From Glaucostegus cemiculus (taxonomy: Eukaryota): a stretch of DNA of 64,000 nt. The stretch spans positions 2,294,001 to 2,358,000 of the forward strand of contig CDPCPM010000370.1 in the NCBI GenBank assembly GCA_976551045.1. Reading direction: 5' to 3'. Position numbers and translations under genes: made by a program. The notes under the pieces are model-generated. The model ran no database searches and was not told where the DNA came from. It saw only the letters and a program-made list of their open reading frames with translations. This document shows positions 1-12,784 of this stretch, piece after piece. Numbering within the stretch: the first letter of the stretch is position 1; the number at the start of each line of letters is the position of its first letter.

Positions 1-759
1 CAGAATAGACTAGTACCTCTGCCATATTGTTCTTCTACGATTTGAATTGCTCTCGATTCTTCCCAGTGAGTTGATATCCTACCTAATTTGGATTTGCAAA
101 ATCGGATCCAACACAGCAACAAAGGTAAATTAGAGTAACTAAGATAAATACAATACTGTGTGTGGTATTGATCCACAGAACTGTTTCCCGAAGTTTAAGC
201 TGTCAGCTGTGCAGTTTTTAGCAAACAAGAAAGGAAGTTCTGTCCTGCAAAGAACGTCCTTTTCCGATTGATTAATGCAGCGAACAAGGATGAACCGTGG
301 ATTAAATATGCATTCTTATGATAATAGTGCACCCAGCCGCTTGTCACATGAGATCGCTGTCTCGTACTTCTGCAAGGTGAGGTGGCAATTGTGGAATAAT
401 CCACACAATTGCACCGCGTCATCGATCGGAAAGAAAATAAAGTTAAGACATAGCACGCAGAAGAACCAATAAACACGTTAAGTAAATTGCAATGATCAAA
501 AAATCGTTGAAAGTAGTGTGCTTCCGCATGACAATATATACACACAGCAGTATGCCCGGCATAAATTTTATCATTTTCAGCGTCAGGAGATATGTCCTGT
601 ATGCATCACACTGCAGGGACCTGGTACGCAGAGAATTGGCTCGTTTCAGAAACAGGGCAAACAATAAGGCAAGGCTTGTGCTTTATTTTGCCGATCGAGT
701 AAAATGAAACTGAAATTGCCTGGCCGTATCTCTTGCCCTTCAATTCGCCTTTAAAATTT

Positions 760-1062
760 ATTCCACTCAAATCAAACCTATGCCCCTTTTTTTTTGTGCC
801 AAGGATGGTTAAACTTAGGAAAACATATTTTTTAACCTATTTATGATTCTAATAATCTTGCATCCTTCGATCACGTCACTTTGCAGCCTCTTTTTTTTCT
901 CCAGAGAAAGCAAACACAGTCCATTTCATCTCTCCTCACAATTCAAGTCTTTTAATCCAGACAACTTCCTGATGAATTTCCTCTGCACTCTCTCCAGCAC
1001 AACCACATCCTTCCGGTAGACGGCCGACCAGAACTGCACACAACACTCCAACGTTGAGAACA
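760..1062 (-). mobile_element. Old CR1 LINE ORF2 3' fragment
   Basis: Translates CCVQFWSAVYRKDVVVLERVQRKF. Homologous copies at about 6440-6815, 11985-12365 and 17445-17840. Confidence 0.75.
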
Positions 1063-1178
1063 TGAGCCGAATCCTGAAGTGTGATACTTGGGGTTGAAGA
1101 TAAAGACATTTGGGATCACACATAATAAAACGAATGGCGGAGCAGACGCGAGGCTTTCCACTGCAGCTCTTCGTGGGA

Positions 1179-1192
1179 GCTCCCTCTGCTGG
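1179..1192 (-). promoter_or_regulatory. Putative CTCF element, family A upstream type
   Basis: (TGG)CCAGCAGAGGGAGC. Paralogous copies at 6945, 12493 and 17956. Confidence 0.65.
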
Positions 1193-4100
1193 CCACTCAT
1201 AGAAACGTTTTGGGAGTGTCTTTCCACAGACACACATCAGATCCCTGCAAACGTGCTCTGTTCTCACCATATGTTAACAGCACAGTCAGAGATCCACGAT
1301 TTGTTATGTAGAGGTGAAAAGGATTTGGTGAGTCTATTTGAAATAGGAGTTAATCGGTTTATGAAATCCGTATTTCTATTTAATTCACGCAAACACCTGT
1401 GTCCTTCTACAGGTTACCGACAAAGTGAACTCCACTGGACTACTCCAGAAATCCATCCACGGATTTTAGTGACAAACACAGTTACTGTCTTTCATCCATC
1501 GACAGAAACAAAACAGGCTGCCGTCTCTTCTTGTTCTCTCTCTCCATCTCCATGTGACGTGAGTCAATCGGTTTTCTGACCCTCTGACAGCACCAATGTA
1601 CAGCTGATGTAGAACGGCCCGTATTTATATTGCATGTTAGGTCGAGATATTCCCCTGAGCCCTCACGTCCCCATTCCAACAAAACAAAATCGTAGAGATT
1701 ATCGTCATCAATATTAATTAACATTTGGATTCACTGAGTCACCCGGCATCGTCCAATTCCATCTTGTCTCTGTTACATTAGCAATTGACCGGTCTTCTTG
1801 TTTGCATTTTCTCGGCTTCACTCATGTCTTTACACTACAAATCAAACTCCCTTCAGATTTCTCTGCTCAGGATAATAGTTCACATTCACCAACACATCTG
1901 CGCATCCAAGATTCTTCACCCCGGGAAGAACCCTGCCTCTCATCTGAAATATTCTAATCCACACACGTATTTACGTCATATGATGACATACGTTGTGTTC
2001 GTTCGTTGTTCTTTCAAGAATATTGTCTGCGCATACTTCCCGAAGAAGAAGCTACAAATAAAGGCTCATCAGATACCGAAATTCTGGAATCTGGAGCACT
2101 CTGTCGGAACTTAACAGGTCAACCCGTTTATGTCGAGGCAAAGGAACAATTGCTGGCTTGGGCTGTGCCTGCATTAGGGCTGAAAGTGTAGATGGGAAGT
2201 CGACACTACAAAAAAGTGAGAGGGAATGCTGTGGCATGGTCCGGCAGGAGAAGAGTGGCACCAAGTGAGGAGAGGGAGATAATGGACAGATGGATCCAGG
2301 TGGGGTGCTGCTGAATGTCTTCACTGTTTCTGTAATTCAGAGTAACGCAGAGTCTCAGCGTGAGACAGAATTAAGAGGAGGCTGTAGGGAAAAAATTCAA
2401 TTGACAAATTCATCTCTTGTTCGGAACAACATAATTGTAAGCATTTCTGCATGAGGGAGGGTCGGAAAATACTTCACTGGAACATGACGTAACTCCATGC
2501 ATGTGGAGGGGTCTCCAGTTGTTGGGATTCAATTGAAAACCTGCGTTGTGTTTTCAACCTTCACAAATACACGTTCAGTCAGCTTGAGGCTGCTTTCGAC
2601 GATAAAGAAATCACTGAACATATTTCAGTTCTGCATTTCTATTCTCTGTTTCTCTTGCATAACGCAGATTTCCTTAACACTTACATTCTTTATTCGTTAA
2701 ATTATTCACATGGACAATTGCACTTTTTGAGCCACTTCGATGCAAACGGTTGCTGATTGCATCATCATGACGTCCATTTTGCCCACGTGATATTTTAGTC
2801 TGCAAAGAAGATGAGTTTTCTTTTCATTTTCACAGGCTCCAGTTCAACCTAACCTTTTGTTTCTATTGTAACTGATAGTGGTCTCAACCTTGGCGAAATT
2901 CAGGATTCCAACTCAAATATGCCGAGGTTATGGCCACTCAACAGTACCACGTGTATTATTGGCTCCAGCCCAAAGGTATTGCCAACAGGAAGGGGTTTCT
3001 GATTGCATTCAGTCTTGAGCAAGGTCTACCACGATTCCCAAGACTGAATGCTCGGAGAAAGTTACTCGTTTCATCACAGAGCCACAGAGAACTCTTGAAG
3101 AAAAGGTTTGCACAAAGCATCGTTGACTCCGTTAGTTTCAACTTCTAAGCTCACGCAACTAATTCCCCTGGATTTTCAGCCGTTATTTTTTTATGAATAA
3201 GAGTTATGTCGCTCTTCATTTGAGATGATATATTCGAAAAAAAAGGCAAAAAAGCACGGTGCCGTCACAAATAAAATACCACCATAGAACGTTTTCCTGA
3301 GTGAAAGGAAATAATTTGCAATTTTGGCAATTAATTGGCTGAGGCCTGAACTGAACACACAGCGTCGACTCTAGCTACTGTTAATATTTCACCATTCAAT
3401 GTCCTATCAGGTAAAATATTTTTGAATTCATCTCGTCCCATAAAATGGCCCCAGTCTTGATCAGACTACATTTATCCATATTGCATTTCCCCCATTTAGA
3501 GTCCATGAGATATTGCACGCTGATACATGAGGTTTGGTCACATCATATTGAACAGCACTGTAGCTCCATTAAAACGTGGCCAATTTCTCGGTGTTATTGC
3601 CAGGTTCCATCTTGCTGGAGATGGTTGCTGTTAATATTAATCTCGCCTATTCTGCATTTTCCATAGTCAACATTGACATTATTACATTCCTGAAACACGG
3701 AGGACGCGTCTTCATATGTGTACCACATAATATCCCTTTATCAAAAATCCCTGCTATTATTATGAGCGTTTAACTGGACCTGGAGTGCTTACATCATTGA
3801 AGATTTACAACTCAGGACCCCATTTACAGGGGCAGAAATATTTATTGATATCTAGCCAATGCTGAAAACATTTAGACTAGTGTCAATTCATGTTACAGCA
3901 GCCTCTATTGGACTTAACAGTCACTGTTTTAATTACACGTTGTTCTCCCTCTGTTTGAAATACACATTTCCTGTTACGTTTACATACCCATACGTCATGG
4001 CTCCATTTCCAGTCAAGAGGGCATCGATAATTATTGCTCTAAATCTCTTTGGTTTCATATATTTACTAAGTGCAATACTGAGAACGTACGCAAATCCCAG

Positions 4101-4890
4101 AGTTTCTGAACACTGCAGTCAGGCCCGTTGCTTCCTCAGTTCGACTGGATATCGTCTCTAAGGTACCCTGTTTTGAGCACAGCACACTGTGTGGTGGTAA
4201 TGCACATAATTATTTTCTGAAGGTGGAACTGTCAGCCGTGCGGTTTTGTGCAAAGAATAAGAGAAGCTGCAAAAAAGTCGCTCTCCGATTGGACAACGAG
4301 TCGAAGAAAGATGAGCTGTAAACACAAAGTCACGTGCTTCCGGACCCAACGCACACAACCGCTCGACGCCTGTGATGGCCGTCTTGCACTCCTGCAAGTT
4401 CAGGCTGAACTTGCTGAATAGTCCACAGGAGGGAGCTGCGTCATCGACCCGAAGGACTATAAAGTTCAGAAATAATAAGTGATATAAAAACCGAACATTT
4501 CAAGTTAATTTTAATCGATATTAATTCAGTGGTATTTCAGCACAGCAGCATATAATGGATTAAGTAAATCACTCCCGTAGTCAGGATTAATATCCTCCGT
4601 CCATGAGTACCTGGTGCACAGATATTTGGCTCGGAAACAAAAGGGAAAAAGTCAAGGGAATTTTTTGTTTTGCCAAGCGCCTAACAGCAAAATGGAATTT
4701 GCTGACCTTATGGACGTTGGAGCAGATTCAAGAAAATACTGCAGAAAATGGTTTGCTTAGTCTGTTAAAACTGGATGAGAAGAACAGGAATTACATGGGC
4801 GTTAGAAAGAAATGTGGCCCGCCGATTCTCACGAAGTTAGGCTTACTCGCTACTGCTTCTGCTCGCTACCGCCTCTAGGGGTTTTCGGGT

Positions 4891-4929
4891 AGTTTTTGTA
4901 CAGGCTGAACCCAGTTTTGTGCCTCTGTG
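4891..4929 (-). other. 23-RSS of V1
   Basis: CACAGAG, 23 bp spacer, ACAAAAACT. Confidence 0.93.
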
Positions 4930-5712
4930 GGGCTGAGAGCGCAGTAATACATGGCCGCGTCTCCAAGCTGTGTTTCAGACACAGTCAGTGGGACCGTTCC
5001 CCTCGAAACATCGAGATCCGCCGTGAAACGTTGTCCGGGGGTCTTCTGTGGGTCGCCGTCGTATTTCGTCCTGATCACAAGAAGCTCCAGAGATCCGCCG
5101 GGATACTGACGGTACCAGATTAGGGAAACAGCGTTCGCGTTTCCAGCTGTAAAATTACAGTTCAACTCCGCATCGTCCCCTTCGGTGATTGTGGTCGCAG
5201 CAGATGTCTGAGAAACAGCGTCGCCTCGACAATGTCCTGAAAGAGTCCAGAGCGGTTTTCCGTCAAACAATGTCACCTTATTGTATTCACCCCTCAGATT
5301 AACACCCCTGATCTCTGGCACTGAAATAATGGGGGAACAGAAAGAGACATATCCCTCCCCTAGAGATTTGTTGTGGTGGCGTAAATGTCGCTATGGTTCA
5401 CTGAATGAAATTATTTTCAAGAATCTCCATCCCTTATATCCCGGTCGATTCCTCAGCACTACGTCTCAGGCCAAAAAGGATACGACGCCTCACGTTTGCT
5501 TGCGGCTGTTGATCTGGAACATCCACGCATATCTTTTCATATCACTTCCATCTCGATCTCCGTTCATTTTCCTGCTCATCAGAACCTATCCTCCCAGAGA
5601 AACCACGTATCCTCTCCCACACTGGACTGAACCCCAATTTTCGAAACTCCCTAAACTTACCGGTGAGGAGAGTTGCTGCTATGAGAAACGAATAAGTAGA
5701 TAAGACCGGCAT
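4930..5712 (-). CDS. TRAV: TCR alpha(/delta) V segment V1, family A, intact (leader 5712-5661, V exon 5236-4930)
   Basis: Leader MPVLSTYSFLIAATLLT|G with GTAAG donor and TTTCAG acceptor. Ig-V motifs LNC, LIWYRQ and DAAMYYCALSP are in an open frame, followed by a 23-RSS. Confidence 0.92.
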
Positions 5713-7234
5713 GTTTGGTTGTGTCTGGTCGTGAAATTGAACAGAAGCGATCTTCCTCTGAAATGTCTAATCAGATGACGAAGGAAGCTGTGAAGTCTCG
5801 CCTCACTTCTGGTTGGTTTCCCGCTGAGAGTGTCATATCCGCTCAACACAAAGCTCTTTACTTCTTACATCACCCAATCAGCTCTCTTTCTCAATCCATC
5901 CAATCCCTCACTGCTTCATTGTTCCTCAACCCCACCAATCAACTCAAAGATCCTCTGTTGTTCTCTCATTTATACCGTAGCGGATCAGTGGAGACAGGAC
6001 TTAAATTACTTCCTCCGAACAGACAATTCAACAGAATGTAAGGGATTGACAATGCGTTGAGAGAATCAGAAGTGACAGAGCGAATATTTCTCTTACTTCA
6101 AAATCTGAAACGAACATATGGTTGCCAGCACTAATCGAGAAACCGACCATTTCTTTCTAACTTGAGGAGACATGCCTTCAGCTAAAGAGCTCCGAATTTC
6201 TGGGTAAATCTACTTCAGCTTCACATTATTTTCTGTTTCTCCAATTCAAAGATGATACTGACAAAGAGTCATAGTCTCAGCGGGTTAAAGAGTCTCACGG
6301 CAAGAAACAGACCCTTATGCAAACAGGTCTATGCCAACTTTTCTGCACATCTGACTGAATAGCTTCTTCCAATATTCGGTCTGCAGACTTATTTGCAAAG
6401 TCTATTTAAGATCTGAATAAATGTGCCAGATCTGCAGGAGTTGTACCTATTTCCACCGCCATCTCTTGCAGCGCGTTCCAGATATCAACAACGTTCCATG
6501 TAACAAAACAACTTGCCCTTCAGTTCCCATTTAAAACAGCTTCCCCTTAATTTTATACCCCGCCCGTCTGTGGTTGCGTCAAAGACGGAGAAACAGAGGA
6601 AAAATGACCATCCACCTTTTCCAGACCTCTGGTAATCTGACACACTTCTGTCAGGTATCCATCGCTTTAGGCAAGACAATCCCAACTCATTCAATCTCTC
6701 CATACAGCTAAATTCAACCGATCCTGAGAATATCCCGCTGACGTTCCTCTGCAGTCACTAGCACAACCACGTCCCTCCTGCAGGGTGGAGACCAGAATGA
6801 CACACAATACTCCAAAGCAGATAATATGAAGCGATTCTGGAGAGTGATGATTAGGGTAGAAAGTGAAGATGACATCACTGATCAGACATGATATCTGGAA
6901 TGGCAGAGCGGACTCGAGGCGCACACCTGCGCTTCTTGGTGCGAGCTCCCTCTGCTGAGTGCTCAGGGTAGCTCAGGGACAGCCTTTGAACAGAGCTCCT
7001 TGAGATCCTTGCAACGGTCCCCTGGTCTTTCCAAATGTTGACCACAGAGTCAGAGATCGACGATTTGTTGAATTTAAATGCTTTGGTGGCCTTTCAGTTT
7101 AATCTAAATTAGCGACAACGTGTTAAAGGTGACCAATTTGTGAAATACGGATTGAGATTCAATGCAACCATGCAGATTTGAAATAATTAGCTCGGCTGTC
7201 TCGTGGTCTGACAGCACCAAAGCACAGTTGTTAC

Positions 7235-7849
7235 AGTCCCATAACTTAGGAAGGATGTGCTGATGCTGTAGAGGGTTCTGAGGAGATTGATGAGGATGAT
7301 TACCTGAAAGAAAGGGATTGATTACATTTGATGAGTATTTCTAGGCTCTTGGATTGTACTCACTGGGATACAGAAGAATGGGAGGTGAGAGGGGATCTGA
7401 AAGAAACATTTGGAATATTGAAAGGACTAGATAGAGTAGATTTAGCCAAGCATTTTCCCTTGGTGGGTGAATCCAGGACCAGCGGGCACAATCTTAGAAT
7501 TAGACGGTACAGGTTTAAAACAAAGACAGGAGAAATTTCTTCAGCCAGAGGGTAGCGAATTTATGGAATTCCTTGCTATGTACCACAGTGGAGGCCAGAT
7601 CATTGGAGGCGTTTATGGAGGAGATAGCTGGATATCTAATTAGTCAACGTATCAAGGAATATCGGGATAAGGCTGGAAAATGTGTATAGAATATTATTTT
7701 CCGTTTATGGATCAGACTTTCTCCACCATTACTCATTTATTTTTATTGTTTTTTTATTTTCCCCCTTCTCCTTGGAGCGTAGTCGATAGGCCGACTGGTC
7801 AACTTTTGCTGCCTTGTCTTGCAGTCCAGTGTGCTCTTATGATCTTGTG
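7235..7849 (+). mobile_element. 5'-truncated CR1 LINE
   Basis: RGDLKETFGILKGLDRVD...SGHNLRI motif and a 3' UTR ending ATCTTGTG. Confidence 0.85.
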
Positions 7850-8528
7850 AAGCTTGGGCCATCACCCCTGCAATGCTCAGCAAAGAAGAAGGAAAGCTGG
7901 GCCCTGCGAAGTACGTCATCCTTTGTTTCGTCAATCCAGCGAATATGGAAGAAGTGTGCACTCAAAATCATATTCCTCCACACTAATTCACCCAACTGCT
8001 TGCTGTCTGAGATCGCAGTCTCAGCGAACTGAATAATCCTCAGGAGGGCGCTGCGTCATCGAACAGAACAAGCATGACATTCCGAAATAACAAGCAAACT
8101 ACTGAATTAATATGGTAAGTAAATTTTAGTGGATAATGATTTGCGGAAGCAGGTGAGATTTCCACATAGCAGCATAGATGGCAGAAACGAAATCACAGCC
8201 ATAGTAAGGGTGGTTTGTCCAGCATCCATTCTTCTGGAAGGGCATCGTACACATAAAAGAGGATCGGATAAGGAACAGCTGAAGAACAAGAAAAGAGTCC
8301 TGCTTATATTTGCGAGTAGATATGAACTGAAGTTAGCTGGCCCAATGGGCATTGAAACAGATTGAGGGCTTATCTGCTGAAGGCTATTGCATTAGTCTGC
8401 TAAAATTGATTAAAAATCACAGAAAACATATCGGAGTTGCGACGAATGCATCGACCAACCAATATCTGCCTGAGCTCACTTCCCTCAAAGTTCCCTTGAC
8501 TAGCTACTGCCTCTAGGGGTGTTTGGGT

Positions 8529-8567
8529 AGTTTTTGTACAGGTTCGACACAGTTCTGTGCCTCTGTG
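8529..8567 (-). other. 23-RSS of V2 (intact)
   Basis: CACAGAG, 23 bp spacer, ACAAAAACT. Confidence 0.92.
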
Positions 8568-9360
8568 AGGCTCAAAGCGCAGTAGTACACGGCCGAGTCT
8601 CCCAGGTGAGTTTGAGACACAGTCAGCGGGACAGTTCCTCTCGAAACATCGAGCTCCGCCGTGAAACGTTGTCCAGGGATCTTCTTTGTGTCGCTGTCGA
8701 ATTTCGTCCTGATCAATAGAAGCTCCAGTGATCCGCCGGAATACTGACGGTACTAGATCAGTCCAAGACTGTCCGTGTTGGTAGTTGTAAAATTACAGTT
8801 CAACAGTGCATCACCCCCTTCAGTCACCGTGGTCGCAGACTGTGTCTGAGAAACGGCGTCGCCTCGACAATGTCCTGAAAGAGTCCGGAGGGAATTTCTA
8901 TCAAACAAAAAATCCTTAATGTGAAACACCTCAGAACTGTCTCCTCACTTCCTGGTACTGAACATATGGCGAAATAGAAAGAGAAATACCCTACACTGGA
9001 CACTGTAGATTCGTTAGGGTGGCGGGCGGGAAAGGGCATATGGTCCACTGAATGAAATTATTTTTTGATGAACGTCCAAACCCTTCTATCACTGTCTTCT
9101 CGTTTCTCTTCAGTCTCCGGCGGAAAACGACACAAGCCTCCCCGTCGGGGACGGCTGTTGACCGAGAAACTATCATCAAATCTTCTCATAACTGTTCCTT
9201 CTGGATCTATCTTCCCGTTCTTGCTTCTCAGACCTTACCCTCCCAATCAAACGATGTATCTTACCCTCATGAGTGCAAATTTCAATTTTGGAAAAGTCGT
9301 GAACTTTCCGATTAGGAGAGCTGTTGCTATGACTATCGAATAGAGAGGTATGGCAGACAT
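8568..9360 (-). pseudogene. TRAV: TCR V pseudogene V2, family A (leader 9360-9309, V exon 8874-8568)
   Basis: The conserved Trp codon is TAG instead of TGG (8755-8753) and the leader donor is GA instead of GT (9308-9307). Otherwise it is a paralog of V4. Confidence 0.9.
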
Positions 9361-10005
9361 GTTTGTTGTGCGTTGGTCGTGAATTTGAACAGAAATGATC
9401 GAAGTCAGTCTTAATCAGAAGGTCAAATGAAGCTGTGACGTCTCGCCTCTCCCCTGAATGGTTAGTTGATGAGGATGTCATATCCGCTCAACACAAAGCA
9501 CTTCTCTTCTCCAAATCCCCCAATCACCTTTGTTGCACGGTGTTCGCTCGCTGTTTCAATTACACGCTGTTCAGCTTCCTTCTGTAATACACCTGGCCTG
9601 TTTTGTTTATACACCCAGCTGCCATGCATTCATTGTTAATGTGAGAGGACATCAGTAATTATTGTTCTAAATCTATTTACCTTCGTTTGCTTTCGAAGCT
9701 CAAGGCAGAGATCGCAAATCCCAGTGTTTCTGTACACTGCTGTCAGGCACGTTGCTTCCTCAGTTCTACAGGATATCGTCTCTAAATCATCCTGTTTGAA
9801 TGCAATGATGTGTGTGTTGTTACACACAAATTATTTCTGAAGCTTGGGCCGCTATCCCTGCAATGTTTTGCAAAGAATAAGGAAAGCTGCGCCTTGAAAA
9901 GTACGCCGTCTTCCGATTCATACTGCAGCGAATAAAGTTGATGTTCGCACTCAGTTCACCGAGCCGCTCATCATCTGTGATCGCGGTCTCAGTGGATATA
10001 AAAAT

Positions 10006-10019
10006 CCACAGGAGGGCGC
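10006..10019 (+). promoter_or_regulatory. Putative reverse-oriented CTCF element about 450 bp 3' of V3
   Basis: CCACAGGAGGGCGC(TG). Paralogous copies at 4423, 8038, 13566 and 15632. Confidence 0.6.
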
Positions 10020-10470
10020 TGCCTCATCGACCGGAATAAACATGGAAGCTCATAAATAAAAAGTATAATAGTGAACGAACATGGCAAGTAAATTTCAGTG
10101 GATACTAATTTGCACACAAGAGCATAGACGGCGCAAAGTAAAGCACAGCTTTACTAAGGTTAAATGCCCTGTATCTATCTTAATGTTAGGGCATCGTAAA
10201 AAGAGAAGAGGTTCGCATAAGATACAGTTGATAGAAGTGAATGAGGGGGAAGCTGGGCTTTCACTTGCGAGTAAATATGAACTGAAATTCGCTGGTGGAA
10301 TGGGAACTGAAACAGATTCAGGAGGAACCTGCTGGAGGAGATTGTATCAGTATGTTCAAATTGGTTAACAGAAAATATATTGGCCTTGGGACGAATGCAG
10401 AGACCAACCAAGATCTACTGGTGCTCACAAAGTTCTATTAACTCACTGCTGCCTCTAGGGGTGTTCTAGT

Positions 10471-10509
10471 AGTTTTTGTACAGGCTCGGCCCAGTTCTGT
10501 GCCTCTGTG
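10471..10509 (-). other. 23-RSS of V3
   Basis: CACAGAG, 23 bp spacer, ACAAAAACT. Confidence 0.93.
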
Positions 10510-11287
10510 GGGCTCAGAGCGCAGTAATACACAGCCGCGTCTCCAAGCTGCGTTTCAGACACAGTCAGTGGGACCGTTCCCCTCGAATCATCGAGCTCCG
10601 CCGTGAAGCGTTGTCCGGGTATTCTCTTTCGGTCGCCGTCGTATTTCGTTCTGATCAACAGGAGCTCCAGGGATCCGCCGAGATACTGACGGTACCAGAT
10701 TAATGCAGGAGTGCTTGTGCTTGTAGCTGTATAATTACAGTTCAACAGTGTATCATCCCCTTCAGTTACCGTGGTTGCTGCCGGTGTCTGAGAAACAGCG
10801 TCGCCTCGACAATGTCCTGAAAGAGTCCGGAGCGGATTTTGTTTCACCTTATTGTATTCGCCCCTCAGAATCACCCCCCCCCCCCGATCCCTGGTACTGA
10901 ACTAACGGGGGAACAGAAAGAGAAATATCCCTCCCCGAGAGATCTGTTGGGGTGGCGTAAATGTCGCAATGATTCACTGAATGACATTATTTTCAAGAAT
11001 CTCCATCCCTTCGATGACGGTCGACTCCTCACTACTACGGTTCAGGCAGAAAAGGATATGAAGCCTCCCCCTTGCGGACGGCTATTGAACTGGAACAAAC
11101 AACCTTATTTTTTCATATCATTTCAATCTCGACCTGCGTTCGTTGTCTTGCTCCTCAGAACCTATCCTCCCAGTGAAACAAAGTATCCTGCCCACACGCG
11201 AGTGAACCCTAATTTTAGAAACGTCGTGAACTTACCGGTGAGGAGAGCTGCTGCTATGAGAAACAAATAAGTAGATAAGACCGGCAT
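10510..11287 (-). CDS. TRAV: TCR V segment V3, family A, intact (leader 11287-11236, V exon 10816-10510)
   Basis: Leader MPVLSTYLFLIAAALLT|G, canonical splice sites, open V frame ending DAAVYYCALSP. Confidence 0.92.
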
Positions 11288-12784
11288 GTTTGTTATGCTC
11301 TGGCCCAGAATTTGAACAAAAGTGATCTACTCTGAAGTCAGTCTTAATCAGATGGTCTGAGGAAGCTGTGAAGTCCCGCCTCTTTTCTGATTGGTGTCTT
11401 GCTGAGAGGGTCATATCCGCTCAACACAAAGCTCCTTTCTTCTTCAAATCCCCCAATCAGCTCTTTTTCTCAATCCCTCCAGTCCCTCAGTGCTTGTCTG
11501 TTCCTCAATCACGCCAATCAACTCAAGATCATCTGTTTTCTCATTTTTACCGCCGCGGATCAGTGAATTACTTCCTCCGAGCAGACGATTCAGCAGAATG
11601 TAGGCGTTTGACGATGCGTTTGGAGAATCAGAAGTGACAGAGCGAATATTTTCCCTTAATGTCAAAGCTGAAACGAAGATATGGGTGCCATCACTAATCG
11701 AGAAACGAAACATTTCTGTCCAACTTGAGGAGACGTGTCTTCAGCTAGAGAGCTCTGAATTTCTGGGTAACTCTACATTGGCTTCACATGATTTTCTGTT
11801 TCTCAAATTCAAAAATGACATTGCCAAAGAATCACAGTCTCAGCGGGTTAAAGAGTCTCTCGGAACGAACCCGACTCTTATACAAACAGAGCTATGCCAA
11901 CTGCTTTGCACAGCTTCTTCCAATATTCGGTCTGCACCCTTATTTGTATTGTCTATTTAAGATCTGTATAAATGTGCCATAACTGCAGGAGTTGTACCTG
12001 TTTCCACCGATTCTATGGCAGCGCGTTCCAGATATCAGCCACGTTATGTGAAGCAAAATCACTTGCTCTTCAGTTCCTATTTAAAACAGCTTCCCCTTAA
12101 TTTTAAACCCCGCCCGACTGTTGTTGTGGCAAAGATGGATAAACAGAGGAAAAATGACGTTCGACGCTCTTTAGACCTCTGGTAATATGACACACTTCTG
12201 TCAGGTATCCATCGCTTTAGGCAAGACAATCCCAACCCATTCAATCCCTCCATACAACAAATTCAACCGATCCTGATAATATCCCGCTGACTTTCTTCTG
12301 CAGTCTCTAGCACAACCACGCCTCCCTGCCGGGTGGCGACCAGAATGACACACAATACTCCAAAGCTGATAATATGAGGCAATTCTGGAGAATGATCAAT
12401 AAGGTAGAAATTGAAGATGACTTCACTGATCAGACATGATATCTGGAATGGCAGAGCGGACTCGAGGCGCACACCTGCGCTTCTTGGTGCGAGCTCCCTC
12501 TGCTGAGCACTCAGGGTAATTCTTGGGGACGGCCTTTGAACAGAGCTCGATGAGATCCCTGCAACGGTGTCCTGGTCTTTCCACATGTTCACCACAGAAT
12601 CAGAGATCAACGATTTGTTGAGTTCAAATGCCTTGATGGCCCTTCAGTTGAAACTTAATTATTGCCAGCAGGTTAACGATGATCGGTTTATGAAATATGG
12701 ATTGAGATTTAATTCAACCATGGAGAGCTGCAATAATTAACTAGGCTGTCTAGTGGTCTGACAGTACCAAAGCTCAGATGTTCG

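Noticed and set aside
4875-5321. ORF-track V proteins with long N- and C-terminal extensions
   Set aside because: These are read-through into the intron and RSS. The real structure uses a spliced leader exon and ends at the heptamer.
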